Shown one piece after another: positions 1-9,534 of a DNA stretch of 64,000 nucleotides. The DNA is from a virus (Duplodnaviria; Caudoviricetes). Where the stretch lies: the IMG/VR virus record IMGVR_UViG_3300036770_007283. One strand, given 5' to 3'. A program made the translations under genes and the position numbers. The notes under the pieces were generated by a model, which saw only the letters and a program-made list of their open reading frames with translations, made no database searches and was not told where the DNA came from. Each line of letters opens with the position of its first letter. Position 1 is the first letter of the stretch.

Positions 1-244
1 TGATATCAAAATCTTCATCCAAAAGGCTTCTGTTTAATATAATTCTAGAGTCCACCGTCTTGGCAGAAGCTTCTAAATCTTCTTCGAAGTCTATGGGAAT
101 TCCCATAATAATATCGGTTTCAAAATCATATTCTTTACAAATTTGTTTTGCAATTTCATCTTCAATTAAGCTAGCTCTTACTTTTGATAAAATTGTTAAT
201 TCATTTATAAGTCTTTTTTCTTTATTAGCTATTACTATGATCAT
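1..244 (-). CDS. Hypothetical protein, 5' part only (runs off the left edge)
   Basis: Manual translation from the ATG at 244 gives MIIVIANKEKRLINELTILSKVRASLIEDEIAK..., open to position 1. Same strand as all neighbours. Not in the ORF track. Confidence 0.6.
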   Translation of the reverse strand, partial: MIIVIANKEKRLINELTILSKVRASLIEDEIAKQICKEYDFETDIIMGIPIDFEEDLEASAKTVDSRIILNRSLLDEDFDI

Positions 245-434
245 TTTCTTTCTCGGATAATTTTATTTTTACTAAATAACTGGTTTGTTCTAAAGTAGAA
301 ATTCTTTTTTGTGCTTCAGAAATTACCGTTTTAAGACCTAAAATTTCAAATTCTAGTTCTTCGGGGCTTCTTGGCTCTATAAAACCACAATACTCAATGG
401 AGCATAATTCAGGTTCTCTCAACTGGTTCTCCAA
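225..434 (-). CDS. Small hypothetical protein
   Basis: 69-aa ORF tiled between neighbours with short overlaps; no recognisable motif. Confidence 0.5.
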   Translation of the reverse strand: MENQLREPELCSIEYCGFIEPRSPEELEFEILGLKTVISEAQKRISTLEQTSYLVKIKLSEKENDHSNS

Positions 435-1158
435 ATAGTCTTTTTTTAATTACAGGTATATAGCTCAAATCTTTTTCTATTAGAATAAATTTTCTATCAG
501 AATTTTGACAGGCTAACCCTGTGGTCCCACTTCCTGCACAATTATCTAAGACCAACTCGCCAGGATTGGTGTAAGTTTTAATTAGCCACTCTAAACATTC
601 AACAGACTTTTCCGTTCTATGAAGTGCCACAGATGGATGCGGCTTTTGTTTAGAAATTATAGAGGTTGGATATTTTTTATTTGTTAAATTGGCATCTAAT
701 GATTTATATTTTCCATAATTTTGATTAGTTGGGTCTTTTAATAAGTGATTGCTTCCTTTTGAATGTGATTGTGGGCCTTCAGAAAATTGTGGGTTATAAG
801 TTGGCAACTTTTTATAAAAGACAGCAATTTGTTCGTGAATTCTAAGCGGCATTTTATTTGCATTTAAAAAGCCGGTTGGTAACTTTTTATCCCAAACTAA
901 ATCATACTTAAATAATTTTCTATTGGAGATAACTAAGTCTATATAAAAAAGACCTTGGGCAAAAAGTAGAATCGCACCATTGTCTTTGATGATTCTTTCG
1001 TACTCTTCCCAAAGTGGTTTAAAAGGGATAATCTTATCTTTTTCGTTTTGCGTAACTGCATAAGGTAAGTCTGCTAAAATCATATCGATGCTTTTATCAT
1101 CTATTTTTTTCATAACATCTAAGCAATCACCATGATACACTCGATTAGATTCTAGCAA
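409..1158 (-). CDS. DNA N4-cytosine/N6-adenine methyltransferase (beta class)
   Basis: N-terminal VYHGDCLDVMK, catalytic motif IV-like ILADLPY, and C-terminal SAM-binding VLDNCAGSGTT followed by FILIEKD. TTG start. Confidence 0.9.
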   Translation of the reverse strand: MLESNRVYHGDCLDVMKKIDDKSIDMILADLPYAVTQNEKDKIIPFKPLWEEYERIIKDNGAILLFAQGLFYIDLVISNRKLFKYDLVWDKKLPTGFLNANKMPLRIHEQIAVFYKKLPTYNPQFSEGPQSHSKGSNHLLKDPTNQNYGKYKSLDANLTNKKYPTSIISKQKPHPSVALHRTEKSVECLEWLIKTYTNPGELVLDNCAGSGTTGLACQNSDRKFILIEKDLSYIPVIKKRLFGEPVERT

Positions 1159-1167
1159 GACGCACCT

Positions 1168-1365
1168 TCACTTTTCTACTTTTGTTTTTCTCAGCCTTTT
1201 ATACTGAACGAAACCATCAATTTCTTGTTTTTCTAGTTCCTTTAAAATGTCTTTCATCACCTCGGATACTTTATCCTCTAGGTTATTGCATAGACCTTTT
1301 AAATTTTCTAGCTCTTCTTCTTTTTTACACTTCTTTAAATTGGAAGGATTCATGTTAATCTCCAT
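1168..1365 (-). CDS. Small coiled-coil hypothetical protein
   Basis: 65-aa K/E-rich ORF in the co-directional array. Confidence 0.5.
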   Translation of the reverse strand: MEINMNPSNLKKCKKEEELENLKGLCNNLEDKVSEVMKDILKELEKQEIDGFVQYKRLRKTKVEK

Positions 1366-1999
1366 CTTCTTTAGATTTCAATAAAAATTTAATTTTTTCA
1401 AGCGCCAATACTAAATCTGTTACAGTCTTATTATAACTTTCCAATAATTTTTTTAATTCACTTACTCTTTCATCATTTACTTTTTGCAATCTCTCATCTA
1501 AATCTACGAAAATTTCTTTTCCAACATGATTAAAGTTTTTATCAAATTGTTCAAAAGAATCTTTTAATTTTGACAAAGAATCTTCCAAAGATCTTCTTAC
1601 ATACCAAACAGGTATTCCATCAGAATCTTTGACTGAATGCCAGTTCCAAAGATCTACTGTTTTCTTTTCAATGTCATTAATCTTAGGGTCTACTGAAGAA
1701 TTAAAATTAATTATCTTATCTAATTTGGATAATTCATTTTTTTCCATACTGTGAATTTGTTCAATAATCGGTGAAAAAACATCAATTTTTTTAAAAGCGG
1801 CATCTTGGTTAGTCTTAATATCATCTAATAACGAGATAATTTTATCAATATTTTTTTCGGCCTCTTCTTTTTCATCATCTTCTTTATCAGGCTTACCAAG
1901 TAAATTTTTTTCACGATATACTATCCAGGCCAAAGATATAGCAAACAAAGCACCAAAGATGCCGCCTTTTTGTAGTAAATATTCTATGATAAGATCCAT
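1355..1999 (-). CDS. Membrane-anchored coiled-coil protein (possibly holin-like)
   Basis: Single N-terminal hydrophobic helix (GGIFGALFAISLAWIVY) followed by charged helical sequence. The holin role is inferred from topology only. Confidence 0.4.
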   Translation of the reverse strand: MDLIIEYLLQKGGIFGALFAISLAWIVYREKNLLGKPDKEDDEKEEAEKNIDKIISLLDDIKTNQDAAFKKIDVFSPIIEQIHSMEKNELSKLDKIINFNSSVDPKINDIEKKTVDLWNWHSVKDSDGIPVWYVRRSLEDSLSKLKDSFEQFDKNFNHVGKEIFVDLDERLQKVNDERVSELKKLLESYNKTVTDLVLALEKIKFLLKSKEDGD

Positions 2000-2057
2000 A
2001 GCCTACTCCTGGGTGGATGGTTAGTGCTTTAAATATTAACCTTGTTTAACTATATAA

Positions 2058-2984
2058 TTAATATATTCTTCTAGATTTTAAGTGCCTTAATCTAGTCCAG
2101 CTTGGAGCAGCACCGGTTAAATTGGTATGAGTTCCATAACTCATTGGTCCGGGCCTAATATTATTTTTGATGAATTTTAATCTATCTCGATAGCTGGTCA
2201 ACCAAGTACCATAGTGCGTCTGAACGAAGTCGCCTAGTTGTGGTGGCTGATAATTAATACCTCCATCAGAAATTGTAAAATCACGACCCTTTTCTAATAA
2301 GGCTTGAGAAGCCAGTGCAAAAACATAAGCCGCCTCAACAATGATTTGTGAGAATAGATTTTGAATTAATGGATCAGCAAAACTATAAGAAGTAAAAAAT
2401 GGCATAGAGTTAAATTCAGATAGTGATTGACATAAAAGTGTAACTAAAACATTATTGTCGAAGACATCACACTCTTCAGTAACTATCTCACCATATCCAT
2501 CTAAAATAAAAGCACCAAACTCATCACGCATTGGCTTTAGACCAACAGAGCGTAGTCTGGCCTTTAGAAATTTTAACAGTATATTTATACCCTTGATTTC
2601 TTCTGGAGAAAAGTCAAAAACAACATCATCTGCAATTTTAATCTTTCCAGGTCCACTATCTGCAGATAATCCAATTTCGGGAGTTACCACTTTAAAGAAG
2701 AATGAGATATCTAGTACTGCACCACCAATATTTGCAGACCATTCATCTCGCCAAGAACCAGAATCACCATCCACTGGAACCTTATAAATAAACTCATATA
2801 GCCCATCGCCTAGATGAACTACTTCATTTTTTTTACTTGTTACTAAAAGATTATTATCTAAATCATATATCTTTACAATAGGTGCTTCATCCGCAGCAAC
2901 TTTTGCTCCACAAGAATCAAAGTATTGAATTTGTAGAGCAACCTCTTGACCTTGAACGGCTAAGTCTCTTGGGTTGCACGGCAT
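2058..2984 (-). CDS. Putative head-completion/neck (head-tail adaptor-like) protein with N-terminal Ig-like domain
   Basis: N-terminal beta-rich segment (VKIYD...HLGDGLYEFIYKVP...WRDEWSANI) and a helical C-terminal half (LLCQSLSEFN...IIVEAAYVFAL). Lies downstream of the MCP. Confidence 0.4.
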   Translation of the reverse strand: MPCNPRDLAVQGQEVALQIQYFDSCGAKVAADEAPIVKIYDLDNNLLVTSKKNEVVHLGDGLYEFIYKVPVDGDSGSWRDEWSANIGGAVLDISFFFKVVTPEIGLSADSGPGKIKIADDVVFDFSPEEIKGINILLKFLKARLRSVGLKPMRDEFGAFILDGYGEIVTEECDVFDNNVLVTLLCQSLSEFNSMPFFTSYSFADPLIQNLFSQIIVEAAYVFALASQALLEKGRDFTISDGGINYQPPQLGDFVQTHYGTWLTSYRDRLKFIKNNIRPGPMSYGTHTNLTGAAPSWTRLRHLKSRRIY

Positions 2985-2993
2985 TTGTATCTC

Positions 2994-3233
2994 CTACTTG
3001 GTATAAAGAACCTTTTTGATTGATCTAATAGTATTGTCAAACTTACAAAAATCACTGTTAATGTATTCAATTGCATAACTCTCGGCTACTTCTTCTGGGT
3101 CATCTAAAATAAATTCAAATTTTCCACCAGATATTTTCTTAGCCTTTTGAATTTGCAATCCTTTAATTACTAAATATGCCGCAAGTGGCAAGTCAGAGGT
3201 TACAAAGACTTTTTCTTCCATTAATAACTCCAA
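2994..3233 (-). CDS. Small protein resembling the DUF5659 family
   Basis: TSDLPLAAYL...G...KFEFIL pattern. True start is probably the ATG at 3221 (GGAG upstream). Confidence 0.5.
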   Translation of the reverse strand: MELLMEEKVFVTSDLPLAAYLVIKGLQIQKAKKISGGKFEFILDDPEEVAESYAIEYINSDFCKFDNTIRSIKKVLYTK

Positions 3234-3258
3234 TTGTTTGTTTTTTTATTAATAGTCC

Positions 3259-3861
3259 TTAACCTTGTTTTAACAAAACTTTTCTATGTACACTACAATA
3301 ATCAGAATCTTTTGGAGCCTGTCTTTTGCAACAAATACCATCTGATTTTATAAACATACAATTTTTAAAAGATAAGTCCTTTTCAATAACAAATATTTCT
3401 TCTTCTGGTTTATTTATCTGATTACTATCTTCTTCTTTTATAGTAGTTGAATTAATACTATCTGCAACTGGCAATTCTTCTGGTTGGTGATGGTTTTTAT
3501 TTTCATTATCATGTTCATTATTATCTTCCGATTCTTGAAAAATAAAAAAGCTATCTTCATGTCCAGACTTTGACTCAAGAAGCGGATCTTCATCTATCAT
3601 TAGAAAACTATCTTCAACGATATCTTTAGTTATACTTACATTATTCAACTGACCTAGCTTTTCTAATTGAACTCTTGCAGATTCTAATTCACCAATATCT
3701 TTTTCAAATTCAAAAAAGCTATCAAACTCATTTAATTCATACTCAGGTTTGATTTCTGTTTGGTTTAGTTCTCTTCTTAAGTTGTCGCGCCCCTCTACTT
3801 TAACTTTGAGTGGGGTTGCTTCTATTTTAATTAATCTTTTATATAATTCATCTTTGGTCAT
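3259..3861 (-). CDS. Acidic hypothetical protein with C-terminal C3H zinc-finger-like motif
   Basis: C-terminal CMFIKSDGICCKRQAPKDSDYCSVH; acidic low-complexity middle. Confidence 0.6.
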   Translation of the reverse strand: MTKDELYKRLIKIEATPLKVKVEGRDNLRRELNQTEIKPEYELNEFDSFFEFEKDIGELESARVQLEKLGQLNNVSITKDIVEDSFLMIDEDPLLESKSGHEDSFFIFQESEDNNEHDNENKNHHQPEELPVADSINSTTIKEEDSNQINKPEEEIFVIEKDLSFKNCMFIKSDGICCKRQAPKDSDYCSVHRKVLLKQG

Positions 3862-4096
3862 CTGTATAATCCGTATTATTAATTATATCTATAACTTCTT
3901 CTTTCCAACTTTTATAAATTTTAAAAATTTTTTTTATTTTGTTTTTTGCCCATTTTTCATTTGCAGTTTCTGTTGTAACACGACTCCATAATTTTAAAAC
4001 ATCAGGGTGTAAGGTTTCTAATTTTTTATTCTTCATGTCCATCTTACCATACTTTAATAGCTCATCATTGCTTGGAATAATGATTTTATTAGCCAT
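3848..4096 (-). CDS. Small basic hypothetical protein
   Basis: 82-aa ORF with an AGGGG-type RBS upstream of the ATG. Confidence 0.55.
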   Translation of the reverse strand: MANKIIIPSNDELLKYGKMDMKNKKLETLHPDVLKLWSRVTTETANEKWAKNKIKKIFKIYKSWKEEVIDIINNTDYTDDQR

Positions 4097-4137
4097 TATA
4101 ATACCCCTTATTCAGATAGGGAATAATTAATATTTAT

Positions 4138-4165
4138 AGAATATAAAAAATAGTGTAAAGGTCAA
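4138..4165 (-). promoter_or_regulatory. Possible sigma70-like promoter downstream of the MCP terminator
   Basis: Minus-strand TTGACC, 16-nt spacer, TATTCT, upstream of 3848..4096. The AT-rich context makes a chance match plausible. Confidence 0.3.
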
Positions 4166-4190
4166 GCAGGATATAATTTTTAATATTAAA

Positions 4191-4230
4191 AATAAAAAAC
4201 CCCAGCCAAAAAAGCCGGGGTTTTTATTTT
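4191..4230 (-). terminator. Rho-independent terminator after the major capsid gene (likely bidirectional)
   Basis: Minus-strand CCCCGGC-7nt-GCTGGGG hairpin followed by a T tract; A/T tracts on both sides. Confidence 0.85.
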
Positions 4231-4246
4231 AGATCAACTAGTAAAG

Positions 4247-5269
4247 TTATTCAGAAACGAAACCGCTAGCGACACCGCGTGGGTTGACGATAGCAATACC
4301 GATGATTTCTGAAACAACCCAGCCAAGCTTGAGTTGCTTTGGCTCGTCAGCAGGTAGAACTTCGATGTCCTGACGGACTGGCATTACGCCTACGAACTCT
4401 GGCTCGGCGCAAGCAAATACTTGCTTTGGTGGGACGATCTTGGAGACGATGATATCGGCGCCGAAGATGTGACCATAGAGGCCGGTTTGTAGAAGTTCAC
4501 GTTGGGTGACTGGATCAACCTGTGAAGCACCTTGAGCACCAGCAGATTCCCAATTGAGAATATCGGTGAATTGATTGATGTTCATGAAGTACTTAGCAGT
4601 AACGTTATCCCAACGATCAATTTGGCGCTTGAGGTTAAGTAGACCAACCTTGGCTAGTTCAGTTGGGGTGTGGGTATTGTCTAGAACCTGAAGGGTGTTT
4701 TCACCACCGCGTGCAGAGTCAGATGCGAAGTCCATGGCTGCGAAAACGTTGGCGTCTTCTTGTGCCTGGATTTCCTGACGTGCCTTTTGCTGGGCGCGGT
4801 CGATTACGTTGAAACGACGACGCTTGACTTCGGCAATGCGGACGGTTGGGTTTGAAACAACTTCAAACTCTGGGACTGATACGCGGTCACCGAATACGCG
4901 TGATTCTGGTACTGAACCATTGCTTGAAATAACAACGGCTGCTACGTCGATATCACGGTCGTAGACTGGGAGTGCGCCTTGTGGTAGAGGATCTACAACA
5001 AGAGCCTTACGGCCAACACCCTGATAGTCTAAGTTTCTACGGATTGGGTTTGCCATAGCTTGACCGAGGGCGATCTTGCCTTCCTGGGTTGAAAGAGCCT
5101 GGTGAATCATCTCATCTCTCTGGGTTTCAGAGAAGGATGGTGAATCAGTTAAAGATGAACTTGAAGGACTTAGTTCATCAATAATTGAGGCGTACTTGAC
5201 GATTTTAGCAAGGGCTTCTTTTACAGAACCTGCGCTAAGTTCGCCTTGTTGATTAAAGATATTTGACAT
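4247..5269 (-). CDS. Major capsid protein (HK97 fold)
   Basis: 340 aa. Last gene of the portal-protease-decoration cluster, followed by a strong terminator. Capsid-like segments include LVVDPLPQGALPVYDRD and a C-terminal GWVVSEIIGIAIVNPRGV. Codon usage looks distinct, as for a highly expressed gene. Confidence 0.85.
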   Translation of the reverse strand: MSNIFNQQGELSAGSVKEALAKIVKYASIIDELSPSSSSLTDSPSFSETQRDEMIHQALSTQEGKIALGQAMANPIRRNLDYQGVGRKALVVDPLPQGALPVYDRDIDVAAVVISSNGSVPESRVFGDRVSVPEFEVVSNPTVRIAEVKRRRFNVIDRAQQKARQEIQAQEDANVFAAMDFASDSARGGENTLQVLDNTHTPTELAKVGLLNLKRQIDRWDNVTAKYFMNINQFTDILNWESAGAQGASQVDPVTQRELLQTGLYGHIFGADIIVSKIVPPKQVFACAEPEFVGVMPVRQDIEVLPADEPKQLKLGWVVSEIIGIAIVNPRGVASGFVSE

Positions 5270-5293
5270 GATATTCTCCTTTTAATCCTTTAA

Positions 5294-5965
5294 TTAGGCG
5301 CAACCAACTAGGTAAAGAGCGCAGAATTCTGAAACAGTTGAAGTAGATCCTGCATAGTATGGTGGGGTTGAAACAAATGACGAATCAGTTGAGGTACCGA
5401 GTGAGTAAGCAACGTGATCAGCTTTAATTACGCCAGTTAGCTTACCACGGTCATCACCATCAGAGGTGAGTGATCCATAGACTTTGGCATTTACTGCTGG
5501 GGCGTATTCACCAGAAACCCAAGCATCCTGGGTTACGCCATATAGACCTGGTTTGGTCCAGAGGGTGGCCTTGCCAGAACCACGAATGGTGGAAGGACCG
5601 ACAACAACGGTACCTACTGATGGTGCTCCACCAATGCCAGTACCTTGACCTACGGTTGCGCCAATGATTTGACCAAACATAGTGCCGTAACCACGGCCAC
5701 CGAGACCGCCAGATGAACCTTCATCAACAAGACCCCATATTGGGCGGGCACCAATTGCTGGTGGACCACCAGACATAGTATCATCTGCTTCACCTAGCAT
5801 TAGGTAAACTTGTGGACCTGGCACCTTAACATCTGCGGCGTAGCCGTCAGTAATATCTAATGCTTCAAAGGCAGCAACCTCACCGCCAACGACTAGATCA
5901 ACATCATCATCTTCTAGGTCGAATTGGCCGAGGGGCTGAATTCCTGGTTGTAGTATAATTAACAT
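5294..5965 (-). CDS. Head decoration/minor capsid protein (paralogue of 9535..10227)
   Basis: Gly-rich beta protein immediately upstream of the MCP. Shares the ST-x-G-x-G-x-x-T...G-x-Y...Q...NA-x-x-Y...GK-x-T pattern with 9535..10227. Confidence 0.55.
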   Translation of the reverse strand: MLIILQPGIQPLGQFDLEDDDVDLVVGGEVAAFEALDITDGYAADVKVPGPQVYLMLGEADDTMSGGPPAIGARPIWGLVDEGSSGGLGGRGYGTMFGQIIGATVGQGTGIGGAPSVGTVVVGPSTIRGSGKATLWTKPGLYGVTQDAWVSGEYAPAVNAKVYGSLTSDGDDRGKLTGVIKADHVAYSLGTSTDSSFVSTPPYYAGSTSTVSEFCALYLVGCA

Positions 5966-6025
5966 ATTCAGACTCCATTAATTTAATTTAAATTTAAATG
6001 CACCAAACAATTTGATAACATTATT

Positions 6026-9000
6026 TTATAACTTTATTATTTCGCTCAATGCAGAATCAATAAGATCAGATTCTTGAATCAAACCTTTATCATCTGCGAT
6101 TTCTGCTAACTTAACTAGATTTTGAATAACCCAGGCGTATCTTCCTCTGAAGTTGCCTGAAGGTACGCTTTGAGCCACACCTATATTATGTCTTTGTTGC
6201 TCGATTTGATTTTCTACAACACCACCCCTACCCATTGCATCTGCAATGTCTATGGTCTTAGGATGTGCTTTTCCAATCAATTCTGGGCCAGTCTCATCAT
6301 GTAGTTCGTATAGCATTTTATAATCAGCTTTAGTTTTGCTAGGTTTCTCATTATACATGCCCTTTAGCCCTGTAAAATAAGATTTAGCATAAGGATCTTT
6401 TTCGAGACCTGATATAGCATCCCTATAATATTGCTTTGAAAACTCGTCCGCTTTCTTTTGCATATTAAATTCTATTCCCATGTCACGGATGACACTTGAT
6501 ATTTCAGAATTAGCAGTTTTTTCAAAATTTTGTGTAAAATTTTCTGCGCTCTTTCCTCTTCTCATTCTTCTTCTTTCACGCCTAGTCAATATGTCGGCAG
6601 AAAAATATTGCTGTTTGCTTCTTAATAAGTCGCTGCCCCACCTATTTCTAAACGTTGAATCTTTATATTTTTTAATTTTTCCAACAATCAAACTTTTTTT
6701 AGTTAAATCATTTTCTAATTTTGATTTAATAAACTCAATAACATCTTTATTATTTCTGGCTCCAGACATATAAATTTGTCTTATTATAGCAAAATAATTA
6801 TCGCCATCTTCTCCAGCGATACCTACGTTGCCTGGTTGTTCTGGATTTAATAAAGCCAAAGCGGCAGGTGTTTGTAAGACTCCAGAAAGTAAATCTGGTA
6901 GGGCATTTTTAAAATCAACACTCAAATTAGAAACATCATAATATTTATCAAAAATTCTAAGTGATCCTGCTGTATCTGGAGCAACTTCTGGTACCTCTGC
7001 TTCCACAGAACCACCGCCTCTACCACCACCACCTTCATCACTTTCGGCAGCTTGACCGCCAATACCACCACCACGACCACCAGCACCACCACCAGCAAGT
7101 CCTGTTGCAGCAGGGCCTCTTTCCAAGGGTGTCTCTGATAGGCCTATTATAATTTGTGCTTTTATTCCGGATATTGTTGCTAGCAACCTTCCTATGCTTC
7201 TAACTGCCTCGTCAAAGTCGGGCTCGGTAGCTGGGTCTTCTAAGTCTTGAATTAATCCTGATTTATTATTTGCATCAACTTCTGGATACTTAGGAATTGC
7301 TTCCATCAAATCATCAATGATTTCTAAAGCTGCTCTAACTTCTTGATCGGTTGGATTTTCTTTATTAATTTTTGTTATTGCATCTCTAGCATTATCAATT
7401 TTCTGAATTAACTCTCTAGTTTTTGTCTCACCATTAGAGCCTGCTTTAAATTTTAACTTATCTAGCGCAGCACGTGCATTATTTAAGTCTATCACTAATT
7501 TATCATAAAATAAGTCTTTTAAAAATGGGTCTTCTTTAAATAGATTCCAAATACCATATACAGTTGCGGCAGAAACAATTAATTTAAATCCAACAACTAA
7601 AAGTGCAGCAATACCAGTAATAGCAACCCCAGCCTTAGCTGTAAAGAATGCAAAGGCTTTCACTGTTGAAGGAGATGTGTTTTTAATATCTTGTTTAGCT
7701 GATTGATCTACGAAGCTATTGAACCAACGATTTAAAAAACCTGATGGTTGGGCAACCATACCAGTATCAGTCACGTCAAGTCCGCTAGTAGCGTTACGCC
7801 TAGTTAAACGAAAAACTCTGGCTCCCTGACCTGTGGTTAAAAATGTATCACCTTGATTTAAAACTTCAGTTACATTTGCACCAGCGGGTAGTTCAACCAT
7901 ATTATAAGTTCTATTAAACCTTGCCTCAATTCCACGTTCATTTAGCATTCTTACTACATCTCTTGGCGATGTGTTTGGTGGAATTGGCCCGGAGGCTCCA
8001 GGGGCTGCTGGTACATCTGAACTTCCTGGTGGTCTTGTGGCTGGTGGTGTCGTGTTTGGATCGCTTGATGGTCTTGGGGCTGGTGGACCACCTGCATCGC
8101 TTGGTGATCTTGGGGCTGGTGCTGGTGGCCTTGACTCTGGTAAATCTTTTGCAGCTGGAAGAGCAGTGTCGGCTGAGGGTTTACTCACAATCTGACGAAC
8201 TGAGTCGGTTGAAAGCGTAGCTGCGTTTGGCAGCACCGGTGCTGGAGTTACACTATTCTTAGATAACTCCAACCATCTTGTAAAAAACCCATTATCCATT
8301 GCAAACTTTGCAATGACACGTTCATGTGTTTGTATAGGTGATTCAAATGCTGTATTTAAAAAATCTTTATTTGGATGGTTATTAATTTCCTGAAAAAGTT
8401 TCTTGTATTCAGTAAAATACTCAGAAAATAAAGTTTTATGCTGTTGTATTAAAGTTTTTATCTCAGCCTCTTCTGCATCCGTAATAGTTTTCCCAGCATT
8501 AATTATTCCTTGAATTTTGGTGGCAATTTGACCTTCAAGGTTAGAAATTCTACGATAGTGATCTTGATTATTCAGGTATCTAAAATAACCATCAAATTCA
8601 TTTCGTAAAGCTGTTGCAGCCGCAACATCCATACTTTGAGGCAATCTCAATAAGCTTCTTACTTCATCTAAACTTTTACCTGTTACATTTGCAATTTGAT
8701 CTAATGGGACATTATTTTTTCCTGCAAGCCTAATAAATTCATCTACTTGATTATTATTTTTATATATTGTATGAATTGCCGCTAAGTCTAATCCAGTAAT
8801 ATCTTTTATTTCATCAATATTTTTGGAACTATTCTTAAATAACTCTATAGCAAGGTCATCTAAGTTTTTTCCGGTTCCAACCAAAGCTTGTTCCGCTAGT
8901 TCTTTTAATGTTTTGCCCGCAGCTTGAGCCAGCTCAGGCGTAACCTGTTTTAACATGTTGAAAAGAAAAGTATATGATTTTTTATAAAACTTATTATTAT

Positions 9001-9067
9001 ATTTATTGATAACTTTTGAATAAGCATCAAAAACTTCAGAATTATCAGATAATTTATGAATTTTCAT
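6026..9067 (-). CDS. Large virion-associated protein with Pro- and Gly-rich linkers and a hydrophobic segment
   Basis: The ORF track starts at 9094, but the ATG at 9067 (MKIHKLS) has a GAGG RBS and avoids overlap. Pro-rich linker, hydrophobic AFAFFTAKAGVAITGIAALLVVGFKLIVSAATVYGIW, Gly-rich linker. Lies within the head cluster. Confidence 0.6.
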   Translation of the reverse strand: MKIHKLSDNSEVFDAYSKVINKYNNKFYKKSYTFLFNMLKQVTPELAQAAGKTLKELAEQALVGTGKNLDDLAIELFKNSSKNIDEIKDITGLDLAAIHTIYKNNNQVDEFIRLAGKNNVPLDQIANVTGKSLDEVRSLLRLPQSMDVAAATALRNEFDGYFRYLNNQDHYRRISNLEGQIATKIQGIINAGKTITDAEEAEIKTLIQQHKTLFSEYFTEYKKLFQEINNHPNKDFLNTAFESPIQTHERVIAKFAMDNGFFTRWLELSKNSVTPAPVLPNAATLSTDSVRQIVSKPSADTALPAAKDLPESRPPAPAPRSPSDAGGPPAPRPSSDPNTTPPATRPPGSSDVPAAPGASGPIPPNTSPRDVVRMLNERGIEARFNRTYNMVELPAGANVTEVLNQGDTFLTTGQGARVFRLTRRNATSGLDVTDTGMVAQPSGFLNRWFNSFVDQSAKQDIKNTSPSTVKAFAFFTAKAGVAITGIAALLVVGFKLIVSAATVYGIWNLFKEDPFLKDLFYDKLVIDLNNARAALDKLKFKAGSNGETKTRELIQKIDNARDAITKINKENPTDQEVRAALEIIDDLMEAIPKYPEVDANNKSGLIQDLEDPATEPDFDEAVRSIGRLLATISGIKAQIIIGLSETPLERGPAATGLAGGGAGGRGGGIGGQAAESDEGGGGRGGGSVEAEVPEVAPDTAGSLRIFDKYYDVSNLSVDFKNALPDLLSGVLQTPAALALLNPEQPGNVGIAGEDGDNYFAIIRQIYMSGARNNKDVIEFIKSKLENDLTKKSLIVGKIKKYKDSTFRNRWGSDLLRSKQQYFSADILTRRERRRMRRGKSAENFTQNFEKTANSEISSVIRDMGIEFNMQKKADEFSKQYYRDAISGLEKDPYAKSYFTGLKGMYNEKPSKTKADYKMLYELHDETGPELIGKAHPKTIDIADAMGRGGVVENQIEQQRHNIGVAQSVPSGNFRGRYAWVIQNLVKLAEIADDKGLIQESDLIDSALSEIIKL

Positions 9068-9068
9068 A

Positions 9069-9473
9069 TTATTCCTCAAATAGTATAGAATCAATAGTTC
9101 TTTCTATTTTGTATGCCAATTTATAATCTTTCTTATTAGCAGCATCTTCAGCTAAGGCAATTAATTCATCCAATAATTCTTTTTTTGCTTTGGCTTCCAT
9201 ATCTTGAACTTTTTTGGCTTCTGCTAAAGGCTTAGGGCTATCTTTTGGCTGGTCTTTTGCCTCATCATCTTCTGATAAGTTTTGAACTTGATTATGTATT
9301 TTATTTAAGCCTTTTTCAACTTTTTCAATATTATCACTCATACCTTTAAGCTTGTTGAATGAATCTTGGGCAACCTTATTAAAATCAGAAGCTCTTCTTA
9401 CCAAAGATTCTAGCTCGCACATTACTTCGCTCTTTTTCCATGACTTTCTATCCATGCTATCCCATTGAGACAT
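9069..9473 (-). CDS. Hypothetical head-cluster protein
   Basis: 134-aa helical ORF with an AGGAG RBS; contains FNKVA|Q. Confidence 0.6.
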   Translation of the reverse strand: MSQWDSMDRKSWKKSEVMCELESLVRRASDFNKVAQDSFNKLKGMSDNIEKVEKGLNKIHNQVQNLSEDDEAKDQPKDSPKPLAEAKKVQDMEAKAKKELLDELIALAEDAANKKDYKLAYKIERTIDSILFEE

Positions 9474-9534
9474 TTAATTCTCCTTTACATTTTAAAGAAT
9501 AATAATTAGTAATTTAAAAAATATATTAAAATTA

